From Candidatus Micrarchaeota archaeon (GTDB taxonomy: Archaea; Micrarchaeota; Micrarchaeia; Anstonellales; JAHKLY01): a stretch of DNA of 64,000 bases. The notes beneath the pieces were generated by a model. That model was not told where the DNA came from. It saw only the letters and a program-made list of their open reading frames with translations, and did no database searches. Both the position numbers and the translations under genes were made by a program. Positions 50,787-60,758 of the stretch are shown piece after piece. Numbering within the stretch: the stretch's first letter is position 1; each line of letters begins with the position of its first letter. The stretch covers positions 38 through 64,037 of the forward strand of contig JAHKLY010000003.1 in assembly GCA_020854825.1 (NCBI GenBank). The letters are read 5' to 3'.

Positions 50787-50851
50787 GGCCTACACCACCG
50801 AAGCGTTTGTGTAATTATTGTTAATCCAACTCTTTAAAAAGCTTACTAAAA

Positions 50852-51841
50852 CTAAATGAGAACTTCTCCATACACTTTTCCATTCTCTTCAAAAGTAATA
50901 AATGAAAATTCTTTGTTATTTATTAAATCTTTTTTAAGTTCAAATATAGTATCTAATGTAATATCTTTGGATACATCTGAAATCCCAAAAAGGTTTGGGA
51001 TTTGATCTTCTTTTAAAAATAATAAAATATCTCCAATCAATACTACTATTTCATTCCCTTGTAATTTAATGTCTTTTATTTCTCCTTTTAATAAATCTGG
51101 GTCTTGTGCTTTTTCTATAATCACTATTCTAGCTTGACTATTAAGATGAATTTCTCCATTCTTAAACCAAGCAGATTCAATTCGTATTAAATCCCCTTCA
51201 ATTAATCCGTTATAATCTTCAATATTTTCCCAAATAATAACCCTTACTTGTTCTTTTCCTTGCATTAATTTAAAAGAAGCCATTATTTTTATTTCACCAT
51301 TTTTTTTATAACTATATTCTGGAAATATCTCAACAATCCTGCCTTTTACAGAACAAACCCCTTCTTTTAATTCAGATATTGGTAAAGGCTCTTTTTTTTC
51401 TTTAATATTTATTTTAGTTCTATATGCATAATTTAATTCTCCATTATTTTCATACGCATCCAATACTTCTATTTTATCTCCTAAACTAAGTTCTTTTTCT
51501 AAAATTTGGATATCTTCATTCCAAAAAACAATTGGAATCGTTCCACTTTCATCTTTTAACATAATTCTTTGACATTTAAATGGATTATCTCCTTTTCTAA
51601 TATATATTGGAAAAAACATTATAACTTCTGCATCTATATTGACACTGCGCATTCCTTTTTTAATATTTGATACTTTTACTTTTTCAATTTTGTTATATCC
51701 ATTCATTTTTGCCATTAGTTTAAAAGCAGTATTTTTATCTATGAGTCCATTATAATCACTAATAATCTTAATTATTTCGTCATCAATTTTTTGTGTATTG
51801 TATTTAGTTCTAAGAAAAGCCAAAAATTCTTCAGATTCCAT
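50852..51841 (-). CDS. RPA-like single-stranded DNA-binding protein (tandem OB-folds)
   Basis: Two OB-fold-like segments (VNIDAEVIMFFPI...IMLKDESGTIPIVFWNEDI and VCSVKGRIVEIFP...VRVIIWENIEDY) typical of archaeal RPA/SSB. Confidence 0.5.
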   Translation of the reverse strand: MESEEFLAFLRTKYNTQKIDDEIIKIISDYNGLIDKNTAFKLMAKMNGYNKIEKVKVSNIKKGMRSVNIDAEVIMFFPIYIRKGDNPFKCQRIMLKDESGTIPIVFWNEDIQILEKELSLGDKIEVLDAYENNGELNYAYRTKINIKEKKEPLPISELKEGVCSVKGRIVEIFPEYSYKKNGEIKIMASFKLMQGKEQVRVIIWENIEDYNGLIEGDLIRIESAWFKNGEIHLNSQARIVIIEKAQDPDLLKGEIKDIKLQGNEIVVLIGDILLFLKEDQIPNLFGISDVSKDITLDTIFELKKDLINNKEFSFITFEENGKVYGEVLI

Positions 51842-51893
51842 AAATATACTTTACTTACAAATGTTTATATTAGTTATTCACTAACTATAATCT

Positions 51894-52961
51894 ATGGAGA
51901 ATAAACGCACAATGACTAGTTTTGAATATTCATATTTACTAAATGAGTTACAATCATTAGTTGGAAAAAAAATAAATAAGATATATGAACTAGATAATAA
52001 TTTATTTAGATTTAAAATTGGAAAAGAAGATTTAGTTGTAGAACTAGGAAAAAGAATACACCTAACTCTATTTATAGATAATGCTCCAGAAAAACCCTCA
52101 AATTTCACTATGTTTTTAAGAAAAAGGCTCAAAGGAGCAGTAATAAAAAAAATATATCAACATAATACAGATAGAGTTATCATACTTGAATGTGAGAATG
52201 AAGAAAAATATAAACTGATATTTGAAATGTTTGCAAAGGGAAATTTTATTGTATTAGATAATGATAATAAAATAATCTCCCCATATCACAGAGAAGATTG
52301 GAAAGATAGAATATTGAGAAGAAATGAAAAGTATATTTTTCCAAAAAATAAAACATTCTCATTTAAATCAAGTATAGAAGAAATTGAAGAACTATTAGAT
52401 GATAAATTTATTATTGTATGTTTATCTAAACTGCCACTAGGCACTATTTATATTAAACAAATTTTAGATAACTGTGAAATTGATGAAAAAAAACAAGGCA
52501 ATACATTAACAAAAGAAAATAAAATAAAAATAGTTAAAGAAATAGAAAAAACAGTCGAAAAAGCAGCGCCATATGCACATATAAATGGCGATAATATTGA
52601 AGAAGTATCATTAATTAAACTTAAACAATATAAATTATTTCCATCATTAAATGAAATACTTGATAAATATTATTATACACCAAAAGAGGAAGAGGAAGAA
52701 GAATCAAAAGAATTAAAGAAATTAAAAAACAGACTAAATCTACAGATTGAACATCTTAAAGGATTAGAAGAACAAGAAACTGAATTCAAAAAAATGGGAG
52801 AAAAAATTTATGAAAAATATTCTGAATTAGAAAAACTAAAAACTTGGATCAATAAAAAGATAGCTGAAAAAGATTGGGATACAATAGATACAGAACTTAA
52901 AAAAATAAATGCTAAAATAAATAAAAAAACAAAAGAAGTAGAAATTGAGATAAAAAATTAA
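51894..52961 (+). CDS. NFACT-N domain protein (Rqc2/FbpA-like, short form, with C-terminal coiled-coil)
   Basis: MTSFEYSYLLNELQSLVGKKINKIYELDNNLFRFKIGKEDLVVELGKRIHLT matches the NFACT-N terminus pattern. 355 aa. Confidence 0.6.
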   Translation: MENKRTMTSFEYSYLLNELQSLVGKKINKIYELDNNLFRFKIGKEDLVVELGKRIHLTLFIDNAPEKPSNFTMFLRKRLKGAVIKKIYQHNTDRVIILECENEEKYKLIFEMFAKGNFIVLDNDNKIISPYHREDWKDRILRRNEKYIFPKNKTFSFKSSIEEIEELLDDKFIIVCLSKLPLGTIYIKQILDNCEIDEKKQGNTLTKENKIKIVKEIEKTVEKAAPYAHINGDNIEEVSLIKLKQYKLFPSLNEILDKYYYTPKEEEEEESKELKKLKNRLNLQIEHLKGLEEQETEFKKMGEKIYEKYSELEKLKTWINKKIAEKDWDTIDTELKKINAKINKKTKEVEIEIKN

Positions 52962-53350
52962 ATTAAATAATCTTTCAAAACTTCTCTTGCTTTCTTCATT
53001 TTATCAACTTCAAAAGAAACAATAGCTTTGGACTCTGTTTTTTCAATAACATCCATACGGATAATTAAAATCCTATTATCTGCTAATATTTTTGAAACTT
53101 TTGCTAATTCTCCAGGTTCATTATTTAATGTTAAAATTAATCCCTCATAAGTTATTGGAGAATATCCATTTGTTTTTAATATTTCTAATGCTTTTTCATC
53201 ATTTGATACTTGTAAATTAACAATAGTATTATCTCCGACAGTAGTAACATTTATATCTTCTATATTAACATGTGCAGCCCCAAGAATAAATGAAAGATCT
53301 GCAATTAACCCCACTCTAGATTTAACAGTCAATAAAAGTCCTTTTTTCAT
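52958..53350 (-). CDS. Tandem ACT-domain protein
   Basis: Two beta-alpha-beta-beta-alpha-beta-like halves (GLIADLSFILGAAHVNIEDINV / GELAKVSKILADNRILIIRMDV). Confidence 0.5.
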   Translation of the reverse strand: MKKGLLLTVKSRVGLIADLSFILGAAHVNIEDINVTTVGDNTIVNLQVSNDEKALEILKTNGYSPITYEGLILTLNNEPGELAKVSKILADNRILIIRMDVIEKTESKAIVSFEVDKMKKAREVLKDYLI

Positions 53351-53422
53351 GAAACTACCTCCATTATTTGATAATAAATATAAGAGTTAACATATTTAAG
53401 TGTTTCTAACATAAAAAAAGAT

Positions 53423-53896
53423 ATGAAATATATTTATATATTAATCAGTATGTGTCTATTGCTTTTACCCATATTCGCTAATAGTATTTATATACAAGCA
53501 ACACAACCAAATGGAAGCAATACTATTGAATACACTATTAACATATTTGATGAATATAATAATTCGGAAACAACAGAAGTAATGATTTATTATAAGCATA
53601 ATAATAAGATAATAAATTCCGAAAAAGAAATAATATATGGAAAAACTATTAAAAAATTTAAAATATCTGAAATTGGAAATTATAGCATATATGTTGCAGA
53701 TCAAAAAACAAAAGGAGTTTTTTCATCAAATATTGAAATAACTAATTTACCTTTACCTAAAGAACTTGAAGAAAAAACAAAGAATATAGAAATTTTTGAT
53801 AAAACTCAATTATTAATTATAATAGGAATAATTACTGTAATAATATTTATATTCTTATATAAATTCTATACAGCTCCAAAAAAGAAAAAATATTAA
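53423..53896 (+). CDS. Small surface-anchored protein (signal peptide, C-terminal TM, KKKKY tail)
   Basis: Topology from sequence. Confidence 0.5.
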   Translation: MKYIYILISMCLLLLPIFANSIYIQATQPNGSNTIEYTINIFDEYNNSETTEVMIYYKHNNKIINSEKEIIYGKTIKKFKISEIGNYSIYVADQKTKGVFSSNIEITNLPLPKELEEKTKNIEIFDKTQLLIIIGIITVIIFIFLYKFYTAPKKKKY

Positions 53897-54558
53897 ACCC
53901 GTATTAAAAACGTATCTCTATACTGTTTCATTCCTTTTTTTAATCCTGTTTTTTTAACCCCAGATAAAGTTCTGCTTCTAACAAATTTATGGCCTAAATC
54001 CGACATTATTTCAATTGCTTTCTTTTTATTTCCCACATAAATATCTGTGCCTTCTTTTAATTCAACTGTTTTAGTTATGAAACTATCTTTCTCAATTATC
54101 TTTTTTAATTTATCAACTGCTCTTTTTATCTTGTTCTTATTCTCACCCCTAACTTGTATAATTCCTTCATAATACCCGCCCCTCATTCTTGAACAATCCC
54201 TACACAAGTCATTATGTATCTTTAATTCAATAATTTTTTCTATTTGAATCGTGTTTCCTTCAATTAACACTATATATTTAAGTTCTGCTTTTTGATTTTC
54301 CTTATCTATTTTTAGTAACATATTATCAAAATTTCCTATTGTTTGTCGTTTTATTTCATTTTCTATTAATTCTAAAGAAAAAGGACTCCATTTATTATTT
54401 AACCTACATAGTCCACAATCTTTGCAAATATAAAGATCTATTTTTTTTGGAGGTTCAATTTTTATTTTAACACAATCAGTACAAAAAGCGCCTATAAATT
54501 CCTTTTCTTTGCTTGAACTTCCACATTTTGGACATATTTTTTCCATACAATTATTCAT
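53893..54558 (-). CDS. Cys-cluster zinc-finger protein, NMD3-like N-terminus (CPKCG...CTDC...CKDCGLC)
   Basis: Arrangement of CxxCG/CxxC pairs as in NMD3-family proteins. Shorter than typical archaeal NMD3. Confidence 0.4.
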   Translation of the reverse strand: MNNCMEKICPKCGSSSKEKEFIGAFCTDCVKIKIEPPKKIDLYICKDCGLCRLNNKWSPFSLELIENEIKRQTIGNFDNMLLKIDKENQKAELKYIVLIEGNTIQIEKIIELKIHNDLCRDCSRMRGGYYEGIIQVRGENKNKIKRAVDKLKKIIEKDSFITKTVELKEGTDIYVGNKKKAIEIMSDLGHKFVRSRTLSGVKKTGLKKGMKQYRDTFLIRV

Positions 54559-54610
54559 ATAGCAAACCTTTATATTCTCTCTCTTAAAAATTATTTAGGA
54601 GCGTGTATTA

Positions 54611-56362
54611 ATGGAGGATAAAAATTCACAAAAAGCAATAAATTTAACTAAATACTTAATTTCATTACCTAGTACTAAAGCTACAGTATTTTCTATAATA
54701 TGCCTAAGTTTACTTTTTGGCGCATTATTTGAATTACTATCTGGAAAATTTGATAAAAACGCACTTTCGGCAATAGGAAATGGTTTATTCTTATTAGCTA
54801 TTCCTACATTAATATCTACATTAATTATATATGCAATAAAAAGGAAATTAATGTTTAAACGCATTTTATTCTTATGTTTATTTAGTATGGTTATATACGC
54901 ATTATCGTATGCAGTTTCTTTATTATTTTCAGAACCAATAAATTTAATTCTGATATTAATCGGATTTGGAATTGTATTTGCTTGTTGGTATTTAATTTCC
55001 AATACTGTTTTCGGCTTAAATAAACTAGCAATAGTATTTGCTTTAATCCAATTATCCTTAAATAGTTTATTTCTTCTTGTTGGGGGATATATTTATGTTG
55101 GAAATAATCCAATGGAAGTGTTAATTAAAATATATTTTGCATCTGCAATCTTTTTTTGTGGTATATACATATTCCTATTACTTATAAATGCACCTATGAA
55201 ACGAGTTTTTGGAATTAAAAGTACTGAAGCATTTAATTTATTTTTATCCCAATGGATGCATAAATCAAAAGAATTGGAAGAAACATTTGAAAATGTTGGT
55301 CAAACAGTTGAAACACAGGTAGGAATATTAAGATTTAAAGGAATACAACAAGATGTTCTCTTTATTGTGCCTTATATACATTTTGGGCCTTTTGGTAATT
55401 TAGGAGGCAGTGAATTTTCATTCCTAATAGCAAATGAATTTAAAGACAAAACTTGTTTTGTATTTCATGGAACTGCAACCCATGACTTTAATCCCGTTTC
55501 TTCAGATGAATTATCAAAAGTAGTAAATGCAATAAATACGGGAATAAAACAACTCAAATTAGAACCAATAAAAGCAAAACTTAAACAAGCCACTTACAAA
55601 ACCTGCACTGCCCACTGTATTGAATTTGAAGATAATTCATTTATTGGTTTAACAAGATCACCACATACTACTGAGGATATCGAATATAGTATAGGTACTT
55701 CTTTAATAAATAAAGCAGAACAGTTTACTAAAAAATCTATAATATTTGACGAGCATAACTCTGAAACCGGAAAAGTTGAATATGTTATTTCTGGAAGTCC
55801 CTATTATACAGAATTTATTAAATCTATTGAATCCTGTTTATCAAAAAAAGAAAAAAGTGACATATTAAAATTAGGAGTTTCACAAAAAGAAACAGACATA
55901 CCTAACATAGGAAAAGCAGGAATAAAGGTTGCAATGTTAAAAACAAAAAAAACTATGATTTGGATCTTAATAGATAGTAATGGGATAAAACCAGATACAA
56001 AAACAAATATAATTAAAGAAGTAAAAAGTATGTTAAAAGATAAAAATTCAATTATAGAAATAATGACAACTGATACACATGAAATAAATAATATTAAAGG
56101 AGTATTAAATCCCATAACAAATAATGAAATAAAGGATATATTACCCATAATAAAACAAATGGTACTTGAAGCAGAAAAAAATTTAGAAGAAGTTAAAGGA
56201 GACATGATAAAAGTTCCCTTTAAAATAAATATTTTTGGTACTATGCATACTTCTGAATTAATATCTACAATTAATGCAATTGTTGCAATAGCAAAGATAG
56301 CACTTCCCTTCATTTTAATAATGACTATATTGATCATATTATGGGGGTTGACATTAATATGA
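54611..56362 (+). CDS. Polytopic membrane protein (about 6 N-terminal TMs plus soluble domain plus C-terminal TM), DUF2070-like
   Basis: Hydrophobicity pattern. Family assignment from memory, tentative. Confidence 0.55.
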   Translation: MEDKNSQKAINLTKYLISLPSTKATVFSIICLSLLFGALFELLSGKFDKNALSAIGNGLFLLAIPTLISTLIIYAIKRKLMFKRILFLCLFSMVIYALSYAVSLLFSEPINLILILIGFGIVFACWYLISNTVFGLNKLAIVFALIQLSLNSLFLLVGGYIYVGNNPMEVLIKIYFASAIFFCGIYIFLLLINAPMKRVFGIKSTEAFNLFLSQWMHKSKELEETFENVGQTVETQVGILRFKGIQQDVLFIVPYIHFGPFGNLGGSEFSFLIANEFKDKTCFVFHGTATHDFNPVSSDELSKVVNAINTGIKQLKLEPIKAKLKQATYKTCTAHCIEFEDNSFIGLTRSPHTTEDIEYSIGTSLINKAEQFTKKSIIFDEHNSETGKVEYVISGSPYYTEFIKSIESCLSKKEKSDILKLGVSQKETDIPNIGKAGIKVAMLKTKKTMIWILIDSNGIKPDTKTNIIKEVKSMLKDKNSIIEIMTTDTHEINNIKGVLNPITNNEIKDILPIIKQMVLEAEKNLEEVKGDMIKVPFKINIFGTMHTSELISTINAIVAIAKIALPFILIMTILIILWGLTLI

Positions 56363-57489
56363 AAATAGCATTTTTTACTGATACTTACTTCCCAAATGTT
56401 GACGGAGTCGTATTTGCAATGGAATCTTATAGAAAGGAATTTGAGAAGAAAGGACATGAAGTGTATATTTTCTGTCCTGGAACAAAAGAAGATAAAAAAA
56501 GAAATACTAATCCAAGAGTATTCTATTATATGGCAAGCGAGTTTAAACCATACCCAGATTATAAATTAGCTATTTTTCCATTCTCATCTATAACAAAAGT
56601 AAGAAAATTAAAAATAGACATAATACACTGCCACGCATTAGCTACAATGGGATTAGCAGGATATTTGGCTTCAAAAACATTGAAGATACCTTGTGTTGCC
56701 ACATATCATACTCAGGTTTCAGAAGCAACACATTACATAAGCAAAGGAAAAACATTTAATAAACTAACAAAATCTGCGGTTTGGAAATATTGTAAATGGT
56801 ATTATAATCTATTTGATGCTGTAACTACTCCCAGTGAATATATGGGTAAAATACTAAAAAAATATAATGTCAACTCACAAGTATTTCCTAATGGAATTAA
56901 TACAAAAAGATTTCAATATTTAGAATCAAGTAAAACAAAAAGGAAATTAGGATTGGAGAAATACAAAATTGCATTTCATGTTGGAAGACTAGTTAAAGAG
57001 AAAAATATAGACTTAATAATTGATTCTGCCAAATCTGTTGAAAAAGAAATACCAAATATAAAATTTGTTTTTGCTGGAGACGGACCTGCAAGAAATTATT
57101 ATGAAAAACGGATTAAGGAAAAAAAGGTTGAACATTTATTTTTATTCTTAGGAATGATTGATCAAAAAGAACTTCCTAAATTATATTCAATGGCAGATGT
57201 ATATATCTTTCCTTCTAGATTTGATACACAAGGATTAGTTGCAATTGAAGCTATGTCTTGTGGTTTACCTATTATAGGTATTAAAAATTCTGCAGTTGAA
57301 AACACAATAGATGAAGGCAAAAATGGATATATATTTAATAACAATATTCCTTCTTTCATTTTTGCTATTAAAAAAGCACTTAAATTTAAAACTCCATTGC
57401 AATATTCAATGAACACAGCAAAAAAATATTCAAAAGAAAAAATGGCTGAAAAAATGCTGAATTTATATAAAAGTTTAATAAAAAAATAA
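56359..57489 (+). CDS. GT4-family glycosyltransferase (GT-B fold)
   Basis: MKIAFFTDTYFPNVDGV N-terminus. EAMSCGLPIIG and GRLVKEKN motifs. Start ATG 56359 overlaps the upstream stop (ATGA). Confidence 0.85.
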   Translation: MKIAFFTDTYFPNVDGVVFAMESYRKEFEKKGHEVYIFCPGTKEDKKRNTNPRVFYYMASEFKPYPDYKLAIFPFSSITKVRKLKIDIIHCHALATMGLAGYLASKTLKIPCVATYHTQVSEATHYISKGKTFNKLTKSAVWKYCKWYYNLFDAVTTPSEYMGKILKKYNVNSQVFPNGINTKRFQYLESSKTKRKLGLEKYKIAFHVGRLVKEKNIDLIIDSAKSVEKEIPNIKFVFAGDGPARNYYEKRIKEKKVEHLFLFLGMIDQKELPKLYSMADVYIFPSRFDTQGLVAIEAMSCGLPIIGIKNSAVENTIDEGKNGYIFNNNIPSFIFAIKKALKFKTPLQYSMNTAKKYSKEKMAEKMLNLYKSLIKK

Positions 57490-59991
57490 TTATTTTATTT
57501 TTGCAGTTTCTATAAACCTCTTTAATTCTTCTGTAGTATATAAAAATATATTACCATTATTTAATTCTAATTTAAACGCAATTATAGATCTGTTAGAAGA
57601 AGAAAGTGTCTCCTTAAATTCTTCTATCTGACTAATAGAATCAAATAATACAATTGTTTGTCCTAAATTAACCGTCTTTAATGCATTAAACGCAGAATTG
57701 ATATTTGTAAATATATGTAAAAATATTTTTTCTCCACTTACTTCTATACATACATCGCATTCTTTTGCTTTTCCCAAAGAAGTAAATTTAACTACATTAT
57801 CTAAAAATAAATCTCTTAATTTTCTAAACATAACAAGATAACTAACATTTTTCTTAGATTTTTCTTCCCAAGAAGATAAAATATAATAATAATCTTTTTC
57901 TTTTACGAGGTCTCGGGCAATTAATTTATCTAATAATAATTCAAGATTGTACTCTCCAACAACTATTCTTCTTCCTCCTTTAGTAATTTTAGAAAATCCT
58001 GTTTTTAATTCTTCTAATGTTAAAGGCATATATTTCCATGAATATTCTTTATTCATATTTTCAAATACATCTAAAACCTCTCTTTCTTTCATTGGAACCT
58101 TTATACTCGAAACTGGTGGAAAATCAGGTATGTCTAATGAATACATTTGTTTTTCTGGTCTTTTTATATATAAAGCAATTACAACAGAAATAATAGTTAT
58201 AAATAACAATGCTAAATTAATTGGATTATTAATTATTGGATCAAAAATATTTGATCCTTGGTTTGTTATTTCAATATCTCTAACCAATCCATTTCCAAAA
58301 TCAAATGAAAATACATGCGCCCCAGATGAAAGTCCTTGGTATCCCATTATTTCAACAGGTTCTCCAAGTTTAAATGTTTTAATCTCTTTTCCATCTACTC
58401 TTACTATTAATTGAGAATACACAACCTGGTTTCCCTCTGAATCCTGTATCTTAAATTTAAAATTACCTCTATTAAAATCGGCTCTGCCAATTTCACCAAT
58501 AGAAATATCTTTAACATCTAATAAATATTTTGAATACTGATTTCCTCCTTCTTGTATTACTACTAGATAATTACCAGGTTCAAAATCAGGCGTAAAAGAT
58601 TTGGATATAATTGTATTACTAAACGTGGAACCTAAAGTTTCAGTTTTAATTAAAGTGTTGCTTGAATATATAAAAATATTTGGATTAATATTTTTTTGAT
58701 CTATTTCTTTAAAGGCAATTGAGAAAAATATATTTTTCCTTGTTACTTTATACGGATGTATTGGCCAAGAATCCAAAGTTATTACTCCCAAAGTTTTTTT
58801 TTCTAATTTTGATACTTCTACTTGTTTTTTAAACCCTCCATACTCTCCCTGACCTGTAAATGTTATTTTAGCATATTTTGCTTGTGGAGTTACTGGGTTT
58901 GAAAACATAGAAATTGTATTTCGTTTAGTTTCTAAACTCATTTCTTTAGAAGCAATTGGCTTATGCCAAGAACTTAATGTAATTATTTTGGTAATATCCT
59001 TTGCAGCTGTTTTTCCATCCTTCCAACCATCATCAATATATTGGGGGATAAAAATCATATATCCGTCGTCAATTTTAAATGAAGAAATACAACCAAAAAT
59101 CATTGTTGGGTCTGTTCTTAAATATGATACTTTATATCTAGGGCTTTGAAGATTTAATCCAGAGGAAATTAGTTTGTCGTCCGATCTTAAATCCTCATTA
59201 AAAGTAAATGTAAAATCTAATGTGTTTTTATCTAATGCAAGAATATCTCCATTATAATCCAGTGCTTGATCAAATGGATATCCAATATAAATTACAATAT
59301 TCTTATTTTTAATTAAATCTAAAAGATTCTTTTCACTTAAAATAAAATCCCTTGGCAAATGCCCAGTTGGGATTAAAATTATTGAAGACTCAGGAAGAGA
59401 ATATAATTCCTCTTTTGTCTTTTCATTAAATGTATATCCTTCTTTTATTAATTGAGTCCTTAATTCTTCTTTAAATATTAAAAATTCTGATGATTTTGGT
59501 TCATATTTATCAGATTTCAAAAAATATACTGTTTTTGAATCTACATCTCCATATACATCTATCTTAGCATTTAAGGAGTTAGCATTCATAATATTATAAT
59601 CTATTAAAAAATAGGCAACTAATTCTCCGTTTTTTCCATAATTTACTATGTCTGTATCTTTTTCAAATATCGTGAACTGCATATTCGGTATTACTGGCTC
59701 TTTATCTTCAGAAACTTGAATTGAAGATAAAGAGGATAATAACAGATATCCTCCTAAAACAAGCAATAATACCAATATTCCCAAAATAATAAACTTCTTT
59801 TGTATTTGTATATTTCTAGGTTTAATCTTTTTTGTTAAATCTGATAATTCCTTTGATTGGGGAGTATATTTCTTTTTTACTTTTAAATTCTTTTTGTTTT
59901 TTACTTTTTTTCTTATGTTAAATATATATAAATTCTTCTTAATACTAAGGGCACTCTCTTTATCTTTTTCTTTTTTTTCTTTACTTGGCAT
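57490..59991 (-). CDS. Large membrane protein (Lys-rich N-terminus, TM, about 520-aa extracytoplasmic domain, second TM, about 240-aa cytoplasmic domain)
   Basis: Hydrophobic segments FIILGILVLLLVLGGYLLL and LALLFITIISVVIALYI. No recognisable domain. Confidence 0.6.
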   Translation of the reverse strand: MPSKEKKEKDKESALSIKKNLYIFNIRKKVKNKKNLKVKKKYTPQSKELSDLTKKIKPRNIQIQKKFIILGILVLLLVLGGYLLLSSLSSIQVSEDKEPVIPNMQFTIFEKDTDIVNYGKNGELVAYFLIDYNIMNANSLNAKIDVYGDVDSKTVYFLKSDKYEPKSSEFLIFKEELRTQLIKEGYTFNEKTKEELYSLPESSIILIPTGHLPRDFILSEKNLLDLIKNKNIVIYIGYPFDQALDYNGDILALDKNTLDFTFTFNEDLRSDDKLISSGLNLQSPRYKVSYLRTDPTMIFGCISSFKIDDGYMIFIPQYIDDGWKDGKTAAKDITKIITLSSWHKPIASKEMSLETKRNTISMFSNPVTPQAKYAKITFTGQGEYGGFKKQVEVSKLEKKTLGVITLDSWPIHPYKVTRKNIFFSIAFKEIDQKNINPNIFIYSSNTLIKTETLGSTFSNTIISKSFTPDFEPGNYLVVIQEGGNQYSKYLLDVKDISIGEIGRADFNRGNFKFKIQDSEGNQVVYSQLIVRVDGKEIKTFKLGEPVEIMGYQGLSSGAHVFSFDFGNGLVRDIEITNQGSNIFDPIINNPINLALLFITIISVVIALYIKRPEKQMYSLDIPDFPPVSSIKVPMKEREVLDVFENMNKEYSWKYMPLTLEELKTGFSKITKGGRRIVVGEYNLELLLDKLIARDLVKEKDYYYILSSWEEKSKKNVSYLVMFRKLRDLFLDNVVKFTSLGKAKECDVCIEVSGEKIFLHIFTNINSAFNALKTVNLGQTIVLFDSISQIEEFKETLSSSNRSIIAFKLELNNGNIFLYTTEELKRFIETAKIK

Positions 59992-59992
59992 T

Positions 59993-60751
59993 TTAATCCC
60001 TTGATTCTAAAAATCCTTTCATTACTAATTTGTTTAACATTTCTTCAATCCTACTTTCAGGAACTTCATAAACTCTTGAAAATTCAGTTATATCTATCTC
60101 TCCTGAATGTTCTGATATCCATTCTTGTAATCTCACTGCTAAAACTTCATCTGAAACAGATTCATATTTTTCTAATTTTAATTTATATTCTTCAAGTCTT
60201 GTTTTAAGTCCATAATTTTCTCTTGATAACAATTCATTGGATTCCCTTAGTGTTGCGGTTTGTTTTTTTAAAGTTTGAACCTCATTTTTAAGAGAATCAT
60301 GTTCTGCATACATACGTTCATAATCTAATGTAACATATTCAGACATATCTTTAATGGCGTTCTGTAATAATTGGTATATCTCTTTTTCATCAACTACATA
60401 TGTATCTCCCACTAATGTTAGAACATTTAAAAAATAGCTCAAAATATCTAATCTCCTCTTTTTTGGACTCATGCCCGCAACACAACTATATAATACTTTT
60501 ATTTTATCTCTATCAAAATAAGTTACTGAAAATAAATAAGGTTTTTTTCTAATATCTCTACTCTCCACATTAATGACAATTAATCCTTCATTCCTTTCTG
60601 CAATCTCTAAAAAAGTTAATTTTGAAAGTTCATCAAAAAGATCTTTTTTATCTCCTTTTATTCTTGCACGAATTTCAAAACCATCAACAATAGATTCTTT
60701 AAGTTCTCTTTCTTCTTTACCTATCACTTTCTTCTTATTTCCAAGTATCAT
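59993..60751 (-). CDS. Hypothetical cytoplasmic protein with central coiled coil and C-terminal winged-helix-like region
   Basis: ORF; heptad-like LKNEVQTLKKQTATLRESNELL. Confidence 0.5.
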   Translation of the reverse strand: MILGNKKKVIGKEERELKESIVDGFEIRARIKGDKKDLFDELSKLTFLEIAERNEGLIVINVESRDIRKKPYLFSVTYFDRDKIKVLYSCVAGMSPKKRRLDILSYFLNVLTLVGDTYVVDEKEIYQLLQNAIKDMSEYVTLDYERMYAEHDSLKNEVQTLKKQTATLRESNELLSRENYGLKTRLEEYKLKLEKYESVSDEVLAVRLQEWISEHSGEIDITEFSRVYEVPESRIEEMLNKLVMKGFLESRD

Positions 60752-60758
60752 ATTTCAT

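Noticed and set aside
50570-50805. Canonical tRNA-Asp call
   Set aside because: The anticodon arm (CUGUCAC loop), acceptor-like pairing (GCUUCGG/CCGGGGC) and a T-stem-like pairing can be drawn. No TPsiC loop is present, and the D-arm needs two large insertions. The region is reported only as an unresolved ncRNA candidate.
54595-55112. Minus-strand ORFs 54595..55002 and 54891..55112
   Set aside because: Antisense to the DUF2070-like membrane protein gene, which has a coherent TM topology.
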